A stretch of 64,000 nucleotides of DNA from Anaerohalosphaeraceae bacterium (GTDB lineage: Bacteria > Planctomycetota > Phycisphaerae > Sedimentisphaerales > Anaerohalosphaeraceae): positions 736,001 through 800,000 of the forward strand of contig CAXXSL010000016.1 of the NCBI GenBank assembly GCA_963675525.2, read 5' to 3'. The notes under the pieces are model-generated. The model ran no database searches. It was not told the origin of the DNA and worked only from the letters and a program-made list of their open reading frames with translations. The position numbers were made by a program, and so were the translations under genes. This document shows positions 41,043 to 49,864 of this stretch, in pieces. Numbering within the stretch: position 1 is the first letter of the stretch; each line of letters begins with the position of its first letter.

Positions 41043-41927
41043 TTATTCCACGTTTTGCACTTGTTCTTTAATGCGGTCAACGGCACATTTAATCTCAATG
41101 ACCGATTGAGCGATGGCCGCATCGGCGCTCTTGCTGCCGATCGTATTAGCCTCACGCAGCATTTCCTGCGTAACAAAATCCAGTCGGCGTCCCACCGGCC
41201 CGCCTTTTTGGCAGCAATCTTTAAACTGCTGCAAGTGCGCATTGAGCCGGGACACTTCCTCTGCAATATCACTGCGTTCGGCAAAGATCGCCACTTCCCG
41301 AACCAGTAGGTTCTCGTCCAGCTTTAGCTTGGCCTGTGCCAATAGATTCTCAACACGGTCTTTCAGACGATCATGATAATCCTGCACCACCATATCCACC
41401 CGGGCGCCAATCACGTTGAGCTGTTCGGCGATCCGATCACAGTTGGCCAGCAAATCTTTCCTGAGTACGTTGCCTTCCTCGGCCCGCGAGGCGCTCAAGT
41501 GCTCCAGCGCTTCCTGCGTCAGTAACAAAACCACCTGGCGCATCCGTTCGGTCTGCTCTTCCGTCGGAATTGCCGGCTGAACGATTCCGGGCAGAGACAA
41601 CAGCGAACCCAGGTCAAGTCGGCAGTGCTGGTCGTTTTGCGGCAGCAACGCTTTGAGCCGCTGCACATAAGCAGCCAGGGAATGTTCATCGATGTCAAAC
41701 AAGGCCTGGCCGGAAATATTTTTCATCCGAAGGGAGTAATTGACCGTTCCCCGCTGTATGTTCTTGCGATGCAGTTTTTCAACGTCGCCTTCCAGGAACG
41801 CCGCTATATCCGGCAAACGGACCTGCGTCTTGAAATAACGGTTGTTCACCGAGCGAATCTCGACGGTATAAATAACACCATCCGCTTCAGCGCAAGCCTG
41901 CCCAAATCCTGTCATACTGCGAATCAT
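41043..41927 (-). CDS. yicC: YicC/YloC family endoribonuclease
   Basis: MIRSMTGFG, SVNNRY, GRRLDF..QEM.REANTIGSK, EQVQNVE. Confidence 0.93.
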   Translation of the reverse strand: MIRSMTGFGQACAEADGVIYTVEIRSVNNRYFKTQVRLPDIAAFLEGDVEKLHRKNIQRGTVNYSLRMKNISGQALFDIDEHSLAAYVQRLKALLPQNDQHCRLDLGSLLSLPGIVQPAIPTEEQTERMRQVVLLLTQEALEHLSASRAEEGNVLRKDLLANCDRIAEQLNVIGARVDMVVQDYHDRLKDRVENLLAQAKLKLDENLLVREVAIFAERSDIAEEVSRLNAHLQQFKDCCQKGGPVGRRLDFVTQEMLREANTIGSKSADAAIAQSVIEIKCAVDRIKEQVQNVE

Positions 41928-41944
41928 ACACACGCTCCGGTCGA

Positions 41945-42400
41945 TTATTTCGTTTCTTCGGGGGCTGTCTCGACTGCATCATTGACGGCACCGGCAGCTT
42001 CATCAACAACCAGCGTCTCGGCCGAAACCGATTCCGTCACAGTTGCGTCCGGTATTTCGGTCGTCGGGATCGCAGCATCTGTTTCAGCAGGCGCAACCGG
42101 AGCGGCTGTTTGAGACATCGGAGAAGAGGACAGGTCGGTTGACATTCCCGGACGCATGAATTTACCCAGTAACACGGCAAGGATCAAAAACATCGCCACC
42201 AGGCAAATCGTTACCCATGTCAGGAAATCGCCCGTCTTTGTGCCCAGCAGGCTGCCCGCACCGCCGCCACCAAATGCGGCGCTGATCCCGCCGCCGCGCC
42301 CTTTCTGCAGCAGTACGATCAAAATGATCGCAACGCACACCAGGATAAATAGAACCACCATCAAATTCCATACAAATGAAAGTGCAAGCGGAAGAACCAT
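41945..42400 (-). CDS. secG: Preprotein translocase subunit SecG
   Basis: VLLQKGRGGGISAAFGG, two TMs; follows tpiA. Confidence 0.92.
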   Translation of the reverse strand: MVLPLALSFVWNLMVVLFILVCVAIILIVLLQKGRGGGISAAFGGGGAGSLLGTKTGDFLTWVTICLVAMFLILAVLLGKFMRPGMSTDLSSSPMSQTAAPVAPAETDAAIPTTEIPDATVTESVSAETLVVDEAAGAVNDAVETAPEETK

Positions 42401-42442
42401 AGTTTATATTCCTTAATTTCTATACTTAATGTCATTATCAAT

Positions 42443-43198
42443 TTATGCGATCGCTTTAATCATCGCCGAGAAATCTTCAACCTTCAGGCTAGCGCCGCCG
42501 ACCAGTAAACCATCGATATCCGGCTGAGCCATCAATTCGGCCGTATTGGAAGGCTTTGCCGAGCCGCCGTATTGGATCCGTATCTTTTGAGCAATCTCTT
42601 CGTCGTACAATTCCGCCAATAACGCGCGAATCATACCGTGGACCTGCTGTGCCTGATCCGGCGTCGCCGTCAGGCCGGTTCCAATCGCCCAGACCGGCTC
42701 ATAAGCGATCGTGACCGCCTGAACACGCTCTTTGCACAAACCCGCCAATCCTTTTTTGATCTGATCAGCCACGATATCGTTGGTTTTTTCCGCCTGGCGT
42801 TCTTCGAGCAGTTCGCCAACACAAAAGATTGGAAGCAATCCGCTGTCAATCGCGGCAGCAATTTTCTTGTTGATCAGCTCATCGGTTTCGCCGATGACAT
42901 GACGGCGTTCGGAGTGACCCAAAATGACGTATGTGCAACTGGTGTCTTTCAGCATTTCACAACTGGTCTCACCGGTAAAGGCGCCGTTGCCTTCGAAATA
43001 AACATTCTGTGCGCCGACGGCGATATTCGAGGCGCTCAGTGCCGCCACAACCGACTGTAAATAGACAAACGGCGGGCACACCGCAACATCCACACTGTCA
43101 TTCTCTTCCAGTTCCCTCGCCAGCCCGGCGGCCAAGGCCACTGCGCTGGCACTGTTCATATTCATTTTCCAGTTACCGGCAATAAACGGTTTTCTCAT
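42443..43198 (-). CDS. tpiA: Triosephosphate isomerase
   Basis: AGNWKMN, GHSERR, AYEPVWAIGTG, LVGGASL. Confidence 0.97.
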   Translation of the reverse strand: MRKPFIAGNWKMNMNSASAVALAAGLARELEENDSVDVAVCPPFVYLQSVVAALSASNIAVGAQNVYFEGNGAFTGETSCEMLKDTSCTYVILGHSERRHVIGETDELINKKIAAAIDSGLLPIFCVGELLEERQAEKTNDIVADQIKKGLAGLCKERVQAVTIAYEPVWAIGTGLTATPDQAQQVHGMIRALLAELYDEEIAQKIRIQYGGSAKPSNTAELMAQPDIDGLLVGGASLKVEDFSAMIKAIA

Positions 43199-43234
43199 TT
43201 TTGTCTCCTGTTCGTCACAATCCTGTTTCAAAAA

Positions 43235-44305
43235 TTATAAAATCGTTGTGCAGCGAGGAAAACTCCCCAGCACCGAAAGTTGTAAACAATGCTTTTTGGC
43301 TTCCTCCAAGGCTCCATCAACATGAGCGTCCAGCTTATGTCCCAAAAAGTCCACAAAGAAATAGTATTCCCATTCACGTTTTTTATTGGGTCGGGAACCG
43401 ATATTGGTCATGTTCAACCCGTATTCACGGAACACATTCAACACATCCACCAGTGCTCCGGTTTTGTGTGCCGTACTAAACAAAATTACGGTTTTATCAT
43501 CACCGCTCGGCTCAGCATCCTGTTTACTGATAATCAAAAAGCGGGTGATGTTATTAGCAATGTCTTCAATATTATGACATAAGATCTTCAGTCCATATAT
43601 TTCCGCCGCGACCGAAGAAGCGATCGCCGCCGAACCAGTTTCACCGGCTGCCAGCTTCGCGGCCCTGGAAGACGAAGCCATCGGAACCGTCTCGGCATCT
43701 TTGAATGTTGCTGCCAGCCAGTTGCGACACTGGGCAAAGATTTCCGGCTGTGAATAAATGCGCTTGATCTCATGCATTGGAGAATTGGCCATCAGGTTAT
43801 GATGGATCGCCATGCTCGCCTCGCCGCAAATCAAAACGTCTGTTTCCACAAAAGCGTCCAGCGTTTCACGAACGCCGCCGCCGGCGCTGTTTTCAATCGG
43901 CACAATCCCGAAATCACAATGCCCTTTGCTGACTTCTTCGAAAATCCCGCGAATGTCGCTCAATGCTTCATGGTCAACGCTTTGTCCGAATTTTAAAATC
44001 GCAGCGTTATGCGAAAAACTGCCCTTCGGGCCAAGGTAACCTATCTGCAGCGGTCGCTCCAGGAAAAATGAACCGCTCATCAACTCCCGCCAAATCGCCT
44101 GCATGGTCTTATCCGGCAGGGGGCCCTTGTTGAGCTGGGCGATTTTATCCAAGACCGCCTTTTCACGATGCGGCACATAGATTGGACTTTCATCAGCCTG
44201 TTTGAGTTTGCCCACTTCAACAACAACCTGCGCACGCTCATTGATCAGCTCAACGAGCTTTTCATCAATCGCATCAATTTTTTTACGCAGTTCTTCCAGC
44301 GGCAT
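43235..44305 (-). CDS. pheA: Chorismate mutase/prephenate dehydratase
   Basis: LRKKIDAID, YLGPKGSFS, PIENS, NITRF, ACT domain. Confidence 0.93.
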   Translation of the reverse strand: MPLEELRKKIDAIDEKLVELINERAQVVVEVGKLKQADESPIYVPHREKAVLDKIAQLNKGPLPDKTMQAIWRELMSGSFFLERPLQIGYLGPKGSFSHNAAILKFGQSVDHEALSDIRGIFEEVSKGHCDFGIVPIENSAGGGVRETLDAFVETDVLICGEASMAIHHNLMANSPMHEIKRIYSQPEIFAQCRNWLAATFKDAETVPMASSSRAAKLAAGETGSAAIASSVAAEIYGLKILCHNIEDIANNITRFLIISKQDAEPSGDDKTVILFSTAHKTGALVDVLNVFREYGLNMTNIGSRPNKKREWEYYFFVDFLGHKLDAHVDGALEEAKKHCLQLSVLGSFPRCTTIL

Positions 44306-44474
44306 TTCTATTTCCTATATTTCTCGCTCGGTTGTTTTGTGCAGGGCATAGAATCTCGAGTCTAGCAGAAACGCCTTAACTACCAAAAATTGCCGCTTTC
44401 GTCAATGAAAATAAGCACCTTTGGGCAAATTAAGGACTTGATAAGATATTTTTTTTGAAGTAAATAGAAAAACC

Positions 44475-44990
44475 ATGAATGATAAAAATGACATTATTTA
44501 TTCAATATTCAAAACCCGTTGGGGGTGGTTCGGCCTTTTAGGCAGCGAAAAAGGGCTTATTCGCACCTGCTTGCCTGTAGCTTTCGAAGAAGCCGCCCAG
44601 CGACGTCTGCTGTCCGGCATCACAAATCCAGAACCGGCGAAAAAGGCTTTTCGGGTACTGGAAAAGGATATATTAGCTTACTATAAAGGTAAAAAGATCG
44701 ATTTCAGTGATATCCCGGTTTGCCTGAACGGGATGACGGCCTTCCAGCAGGAGGTCCTGACCGCTCTTCGATCTGTAAAATACGGCCAAACCGTCAGTTA
44801 CGGCGATATTGCACGGCTGATCAATAACCCGAAAGCCGCACGGGCCATCGGGACAGTCATGGCTCAAAACCCGCTGCCTTTGATCATTCCCTGTCATCGG
44901 GTCATAAAAACGGACGGTTCGTTTGGCTATTTCAGCGCCGCCGGCGGTGTAGACACCAAAAAACGAATGCTCGAATTGGAAAAACCATAA
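44475..44990 (+). CDS. ogt: Methylated-DNA-protein-cysteine methyltransferase
   Basis: ARAIG, NPLPLIIPCHRV. Confidence 0.92.
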   Translation: MNDKNDIIYSIFKTRWGWFGLLGSEKGLIRTCLPVAFEEAAQRRLLSGITNPEPAKKAFRVLEKDILAYYKGKKIDFSDIPVCLNGMTAFQQEVLTALRSVKYGQTVSYGDIARLINNPKAARAIGTVMAQNPLPLIIPCHRVIKTDGSFGYFSAAGGVDTKKRMLELEKP

Positions 44991-45025
44991 AATTTCCTTG
45001 AACTCCCCGCTTGAATTTGCGATAG

Positions 45026-45054
45026 TATATGTAATGACAATGTCAATACATATA
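45026..45054. promoter_or_regulatory. Palindromic operator upstream of the TA pair
   Basis: tatatgtaatgaca-a-tgtcaatacatata (14-bp arms, 1 mismatch). Confidence 0.6.
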
Positions 45055-45072
45055 TGAGAAAAGGAAAGTAAG

Positions 45073-45336
45073 ATGTCTTCTAAAACAACCACCATACAAG
45101 TTCGTATCGATGAGGATCTGAAAAAAAAGGCTGTCAAAGTTCTGGGGCAAATGCAGATTACGATGTCTCAGGCCATCAAGATGTTTTTAGCTCAAGTTGT
45201 CAGACAAGACGGTATTGGCATTGAGTTTAGAACACCCAGCAAGAGAGTGCGAAAAGCAATGGATGAAGCGGATGCGAACATTGGAATGCATGAGGTTTCC
45301 AGTGTGGGAGAACTTTTCGAGGAATTGGAACGTTGA
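45073..45336 (+). CDS. RelB/DinJ family antitoxin
   Basis: IQVRIDEDLK..A..VL...ITMSQAIKMFL (RHH), ELFEEL tail. Confidence 0.85.
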   Translation: MSSKTTTIQVRIDEDLKKKAVKVLGQMQITMSQAIKMFLAQVVRQDGIGIEFRTPSKRVRKAMDEADANIGMHEVSSVGELFEELER

Positions 45337-45614
45337 GGATACGCTGGCAGGATCAATTCAAGGAAGATTTTAAATCCCTCGAAAAACACCTCAAAGACCC
45401 CATCCCGTTTAAAAAAGCTCTCAATAAGGCGGTTACATTACTTCAAACCGGTAAAAATCTCTCCAGATCATTCCCTGTCAACCGGCTCATCAAACGCGGC
45501 GAAGGATGGTTTTACTGTTATTTAACGTCAGATATTGTCATGATTTACAAAATTCCAGGGAAAACCGTCAAATTAATTGCAATGGGCCGTATAAATGAAA
45601 TGTATGATCGCTGA
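45333..45614 (+). CDS. YafQ/RelE-like toxin (divergent)
   Basis: QFKEDFK N-terminus, DIVMIY, LIAMG; overlaps the antitoxin stop; TTG start. Confidence 0.65.
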   Translation: MRIRWQDQFKEDFKSLEKHLKDPIPFKKALNKAVTLLQTGKNLSRSFPVNRLIKRGEGWFYCYLTSDIVMIYKIPGKTVKLIAMGRINEMYDR

Positions 45615-45632
45615 AATTTTTTTATAAAAATA

Positions 45633-45692
45633 TGTAAAACATACTTGACATAGTGTATGGCTAAGTATACATTATGTATAGTAAGGGTTACA
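45633..45692 (+). promoter_or_regulatory. Three TGTA-N10-(T/G)ACA boxes at 21-bp spacing overlapping a TTGACA-17-TACATT promoter
   Basis: Boxes 45633-45650, 45654-45671, 45675-45692; -35 at 45645, -10 at 45668. Confidence 0.7.
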
Positions 45693-45715
45693 AATTAATT
45701 GGAAAGGACAGAAAA

Positions 45716-46156
45716 ATGAATCCGGCACAAAAAAGAGCGTGGCTTGAAATGATGATTTCACTGGCAGGCCTGGTTTTCAGCGGAATATCCTATTATTTTT
45801 TCAGCCAAGCCGGTGAACCACCTTACTCTGCTCCCTGGATTTATTATCTGCCCCTGATAAACCTCCCCATCGTTTTGTGCATGATTGGGTATGTTTTGAC
45901 CGGCGCGAAGTTCAAGGCAAAAGATTTCGATGAAAGAGAAATGGTTCTATCTCGCAAATCGCTGGTTTATGGCTTTTTGGCGGTATTCATTTTCCTGACC
46001 GCTGCCGCAATGGTTTTCTTTGTGCGGAATATCGCGGCGATGATACCGATCCGCATACTCTTGCTTATGATCGTATCCTCTTTTTTCTTCAGCAGCGCTG
46101 TGATTTCCACGTCATTTTTGCTGACATATCAATCAAAATTTGAAAGGAGCCGATGA
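45716..46156 (+). CDS. DER-motif (DUF2178-like) membrane protein, paralog 1
   Basis: MNPAQKRAW; about 4 TMs; DERE. Confidence 0.75.
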   Translation: MNPAQKRAWLEMMISLAGLVFSGISYYFFSQAGEPPYSAPWIYYLPLINLPIVLCMIGYVLTGAKFKAKDFDEREMVLSRKSLVYGFLAVFIFLTAAAMVFFVRNIAAMIPIRILLLMIVSSFFFSSAVISTSFLLTYQSKFERSR

Positions 46157-46590
46157 TGAATCAAATACAGAAAAAAGCGTGGACAAATATTATTTTTCTT
46201 CTCATAAGTGGAGTCACCGTTTTTATTATGCATTTGGCGGGATTTCAAGCAGCCGTACTGATACTGGCCTTTGGACTTTGTGGAACTGCGGGGCACATAT
46301 TTGCATCCACTTTCAAAAGTGGTACCAATTCCGTTCCGCTCGATGAAAGGGACCAATTAATCGAGTTAAAAGCAAATCGTATGTGTTTTAGCTTTTCGTT
46401 TTCGGCTTTTGTGATTGTATGTGTGGCTTTTTGGGCATATTACCGCCTCCGAGGTATCGACACTATTTCTATTGACGTTCTCACGATATTAATTTGGCCT
46501 CCCTTTATTACCCAGTTTCTCAGTCATGATATTATCCTTTTGGTTTTGTATCGCAATGACAATATACTTTCACAAGGAGATGCAGCATGA
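46153..46590 (+). CDS. DER-motif (DUF2178-like) membrane protein, paralog 2
   Basis: MNQIQKKAW; DERD; ATGA overlap. Confidence 0.75.
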   Translation: MMNQIQKKAWTNIIFLLISGVTVFIMHLAGFQAAVLILAFGLCGTAGHIFASTFKSGTNSVPLDERDQLIELKANRMCFSFSFSAFVIVCVAFWAYYRLRGIDTISIDVLTILIWPPFITQFLSHDIILLVLYRNDNILSQGDAA

Positions 46591-47030
46591 ACCGCATACA
46601 AAAAATGTCATGGCTGGTGGTTGTTTGTGCAGGGACTGGATTTTTTATCAGCGTTGTCGTCGTCACAATCATGGCTGTCAAAGTCGGCTTTCCCAAAGCG
46701 TTTGCCGGCTTCGCATTTCTTTCGCTGGCGGGATTCGGGGGACTGGGACCGCTGATTTTCAAAAAAGATCCCGGTGCTGTCCAGAGTGACGAACGTGATC
46801 GGGTCATCCAACTCCATGCGGCCAAAGCAGGATTTGGCGCATCTTATGTTGTATTTGGCTGTCTGGCGATGGGCATTTGGATATATCAAGGCCCAGATAA
46901 ACTCATAAATGTCAACACGCTGCCGCAAATCTGGATAGCCGCATTCATCACCGCTTTTTTCGTCCAGGCTCTCACCACCCTTATCCTTTACGGCAAAGAC
47001 AACAAACTTTCCGAAGAAGGTGCCGCATGA
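46587..47030 (+). CDS. DER-motif (DUF2178-like) membrane protein, paralog 3
   Basis: MNRIQKMSW; DERD; ATGA overlap. Confidence 0.75.
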   Translation: MNRIQKMSWLVVVCAGTGFFISVVVVTIMAVKVGFPKAFAGFAFLSLAGFGGLGPLIFKKDPGAVQSDERDRVIQLHAAKAGFGASYVVFGCLAMGIWIYQGPDKLINVNTLPQIWIAAFITAFFVQALTTLILYGKDNKLSEEGAA

Positions 47031-47449
47031 ATCGATTAAAGAAAAAAGCTTGGACAGAACTTATATCCTGTGGCATCGGTTTCGTGTTGATAACTATCCC
47101 TCTCTTTCTGGTAATGGCGCATACAAACGCACGGGGATTGGAATTTGTTCTCATCTGGGTTATTTTCGGTGTTCCTACGGGATTAGTCATGTATCTGTGG
47201 GAGGCTAAAAAGCTCAAGCAATACGATGAACGCGAAAGAGAAATCATCCAGAAAGCTTTTTCGTTTAGCATGATGATTATGGTTCTTTATCTCATGGGGT
47301 TTTCAGTCGCAGCGTTTTTTCTGATTGGTGGCGGAGGGTCTGTCCCCGTTGTCTTTATGCCTTTAATGTTTTTCACAGGAATGTTTCTTGGCCAAGCTGT
47401 CAACTCCTTCATAATATTGATGCAATGCACAAAGGAAGATGATGAGTAA
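47027..47449 (+). CDS. DER-motif (DUF2178-like) membrane protein, paralog 4
   Basis: [17 protein letters not shown] overlap. Confidence 0.75.
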   Translation: MNRLKKKAWTELISCGIGFVLITIPLFLVMAHTNARGLEFVLIWVIFGVPTGLVMYLWEAKKLKQYDEREREIIQKAFSFSMMIMVLYLMGFSVAAFFLIGGGGSVPVVFMPLMFFTGMFLGQAVNSFIILMQCTKEDDE

Positions 47450-47654
47450 AGACCAGCTTACGAACAATATTCGCCGGCTGCGGTTTGATGCCGGGGAGAT
47501 GACCCAGCAGCAACTGGCCGATAAAGTCGGCGTCACCCGCCAGACCATTATTGCCACCGAGCAGGGCCGCTACGCCCCATCTTTACCACTGGCCATAAAA
47601 ATCGCCCGTGCCTTCGGCAAACAGGTCGAAGAAGTCTTTCAATTGGAATCATGA
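47439..47654 (+). CDS. Xre/Cro-C1 HTH transcriptional regulator
   Basis: [24 protein letters not shown]...[14 protein letters not shown]. Confidence 0.92.
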   Translation: MMSKDQLTNNIRRLRFDAGEMTQQQLADKVGVTRQTIIATEQGRYAPSLPLAIKIARAFGKQVEEVFQLES

Positions 47655-47685
47655 ATAAAACTGTGTCCTTACAGGGAGTATAACT

Positions 47686-48543
47686 ATGCAAAAACGAATT
47701 TTTGTTCCTTGTTTTATTGCTCTGTCATCCGGAATTATTGCGATACTTTGCTTTTCTTACATCCTTTATAAAGTCAATACCGATTTGCCGCGTGTTCTGA
47801 ATTTCGAACAGTCGAGATATGGAATTGGAATCGGGTATTTGTTTGCCCTCTTGTTTCACTTCGTGGCTTTTGTTTATATCCTGATTCATATCAAGTCGGT
47901 TCGAACCGCCCGATTTCTTGCCGTTCTGACATTGATCACAGGTATTATTTCACTTTTTGCTTTCGGTGCGGAAAAAGTATTTTATGATGAAATCGCCCGG
48001 CAATTCCGTCACGGAATGCCCATCACGAGGGAACAGACAGGTTTGAATATATTCCTGGTAACGCACATTTTGTTTGCGGGTATGGTTTTTGTTTTATCAT
48101 TGAAATCGATCCTCGCCCCGCAAAACAGTGTTGTCCTGGCACAGGCAAAAGACGACAAAATCTTTACAATGGCCCATTGTATGGGAATCATATCGGGATT
48201 GATGGGAGTATGGCTGACGCTGTCTCTGATAGGCCGACAAATCCCGGCCGGTCGGCTGTGGGTTTATATTCCGTTTTACCTGTTAATTTTAACACCCTAT
48301 GCGATAACGGGTTTTTATTGGTTCTGGATTAAAATAAAGGAAAAAATCCCGGATTGGTATGATGAAAAACAAGTTGTGGATATGCGGAAGGCAGCGTTCA
48401 TGACCCTGCTATTGTCCGTGCCCGGGCTGGCGATGCTTATGCTGACAAAAAAACCAATTATGTTTTATTACTTTCCCTATTATGTGTTTCTGATAGTATT
48501 TCTTTTTTCCGCAGGCACGTTATATTTTTTCAAAAAGAGATGA
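47686..48543 (+). CDS. Multi-pass membrane protein with C-terminal DEKQ (DER-like) module
   Basis: About 8 TMs; WYDEKQ...KAA; GGAG RBS. Confidence 0.7.
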   Translation: MQKRIFVPCFIALSSGIIAILCFSYILYKVNTDLPRVLNFEQSRYGIGIGYLFALLFHFVAFVYILIHIKSVRTARFLAVLTLITGIISLFAFGAEKVFYDEIARQFRHGMPITREQTGLNIFLVTHILFAGMVFVLSLKSILAPQNSVVLAQAKDDKIFTMAHCMGIISGLMGVWLTLSLIGRQIPAGRLWVYIPFYLLILTPYAITGFYWFWIKIKEKIPDWYDEKQVVDMRKAAFMTLLLSVPGLAMLMLTKKPIMFYYFPYYVFLIVFLFSAGTLYFFKKR

Positions 48544-48678
48544 CCTGTCCCATCCCTGCCGCGCCATCGGCTTCGACGAAGGTGCCGAGCCAGCCAACTG
48601 GCAGCAGGAACTGCGAAAACGCGGGATCACCGTAATCGAAAACATCACACAAAAACATTTGGCCCCTATTCGAACGGA

Positions 48679-48891
48679 TTGGTTAAGCAGACACGTTTTA
48701 CACCGAAACGGCTTCAATTAAACGATTTTTTACTCAACCATCCCCAGATTATTTATGGAAAACCATATGAAAACAACCCTTATCAGGGGATTTTAGGATT
48801 TGAATTATTTGAGAAAACTGTCATGGTGCTGGATTTTGAAAAGAATTTGATGTGGGTCAAGAAAGCCAAAGACAGCCGATGGTGTAATTAG
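48679..48891 (+). pseudogene. Possible C-terminal remnant of a retropepsin-like aspartyl protease gene
   Basis: GILGFELFEKTVMVLDF resembles the clan AA C-terminal motif; no N-terminal DTG domain found. Confidence 0.35.
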
Positions 48892-49613
48892 TCTAAATGA
48901 ATGACACCTTGTTTGCGGTCGGCTTCTAATGAGGCGCGTTTGATGATGTCGTACAGTTCTTTGGGACGGGCTACTTTTTCAAATTCAAACACCGGGTCCG
49001 TTTCGTCTTTCGTAATCAGCGTCACCGTCCCCACACCCACAATACAATCCAGCAGCGACCGGTGCAGTTTCAGATCGACCACACGGAACATATCCAGATT
49101 ATCGATCTGCCTGCTGAAAATACCGCGGGTAAACTCAATGCGGTCTGTACTGACCTCATAATGAATCCGTTTGAGCTCCGCCGTGCGAATCATGCTGTTA
49201 CCAATGGTGATCAGCGTCAGGGCAATTCCCGCATAGCCGGTATAGCGCGTAATCTGCCCGGCGATTTCCTCGGTGACGTTCGGGATCCACCTCAGTGCCA
49301 AGCCCCCCACAGGATACCGCCATAAAAACACCGCCAGTACCAAAAATAGCAGGGCGCCAAAATAAAATCCCAGCAATCCCCATAATGACGGCGAAACGGA
49401 AAACAACGGAACTTCCGGCCGGGACTGCGGAGCGGGACGGCCCGGCCGCAACGGTTCATCATCTGGCTCGGAGTGCTGTATCCGGCGGTCATGATACGAC
49501 ACCGGCAGGCCGGTATCGCTCTCAAGAAATTCCTTGCAAAACCGGCACTTGACGGCTTCAGCGTGAATCTTCTCGCCGCAAAACGGACATTTTTTCTTCG
49601 AGGCTTCCGTCAT
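48888..49613 (-). CDS. Zinc-ribbon + TM + bacterial PH domain protein
   Basis: CPFC..CRFC; two TMs; Y.VS.DR...RGIFS...LDMFRV. Confidence 0.8.
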   Translation of the reverse strand: MTEASKKKCPFCGEKIHAEAVKCRFCKEFLESDTGLPVSYHDRRIQHSEPDDEPLRPGRPAPQSRPEVPLFSVSPSLWGLLGFYFGALLFLVLAVFLWRYPVGGLALRWIPNVTEEIAGQITRYTGYAGIALTLITIGNSMIRTAELKRIHYEVSTDRIEFTRGIFSRQIDNLDMFRVVDLKLHRSLLDCIVGVGTVTLITKDETDPVFEFEKVARPKELYDIIKRASLEADRKQGVIHLD

Positions 49614-49808
49614 TTCTTAAGATCGATCGTTAAACGTAATCTGTTAATGTTCCCCTCGGGGACCATTGGGGCACGGTTGTTGTTTTTCTTTTATCGTCAT
49701 TTTTGGTTAGAATAGGTTAAAAAGGGCTTTTTCGCAAGAAAATTCATAAAATCGGGTCAGTTTTTGGCAATCGCTGCAAGGTTGCCTCTTCACACAGAAC
49801 CGCTTTGC

Positions 49809-49817
49809 TGGTATAAT
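49809..49817 (+). promoter_or_regulatory. Extended -10 element (TGGTATAAT) for der
   Basis: Consensus TGnTATAAT about 50 bp upstream of the ATG. Confidence 0.5.
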
Positions 49818-49864
49818 TCGCGGTTTGAAACATGAATTAATTTGAATTGAAAGCGGAATTTTTT

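Noticed and set aside
45073..48543. Integron cassette array or prophage
   Set aside because: Genes overlap by ATGA leaving no room for attC sites; no integrase or phage genes
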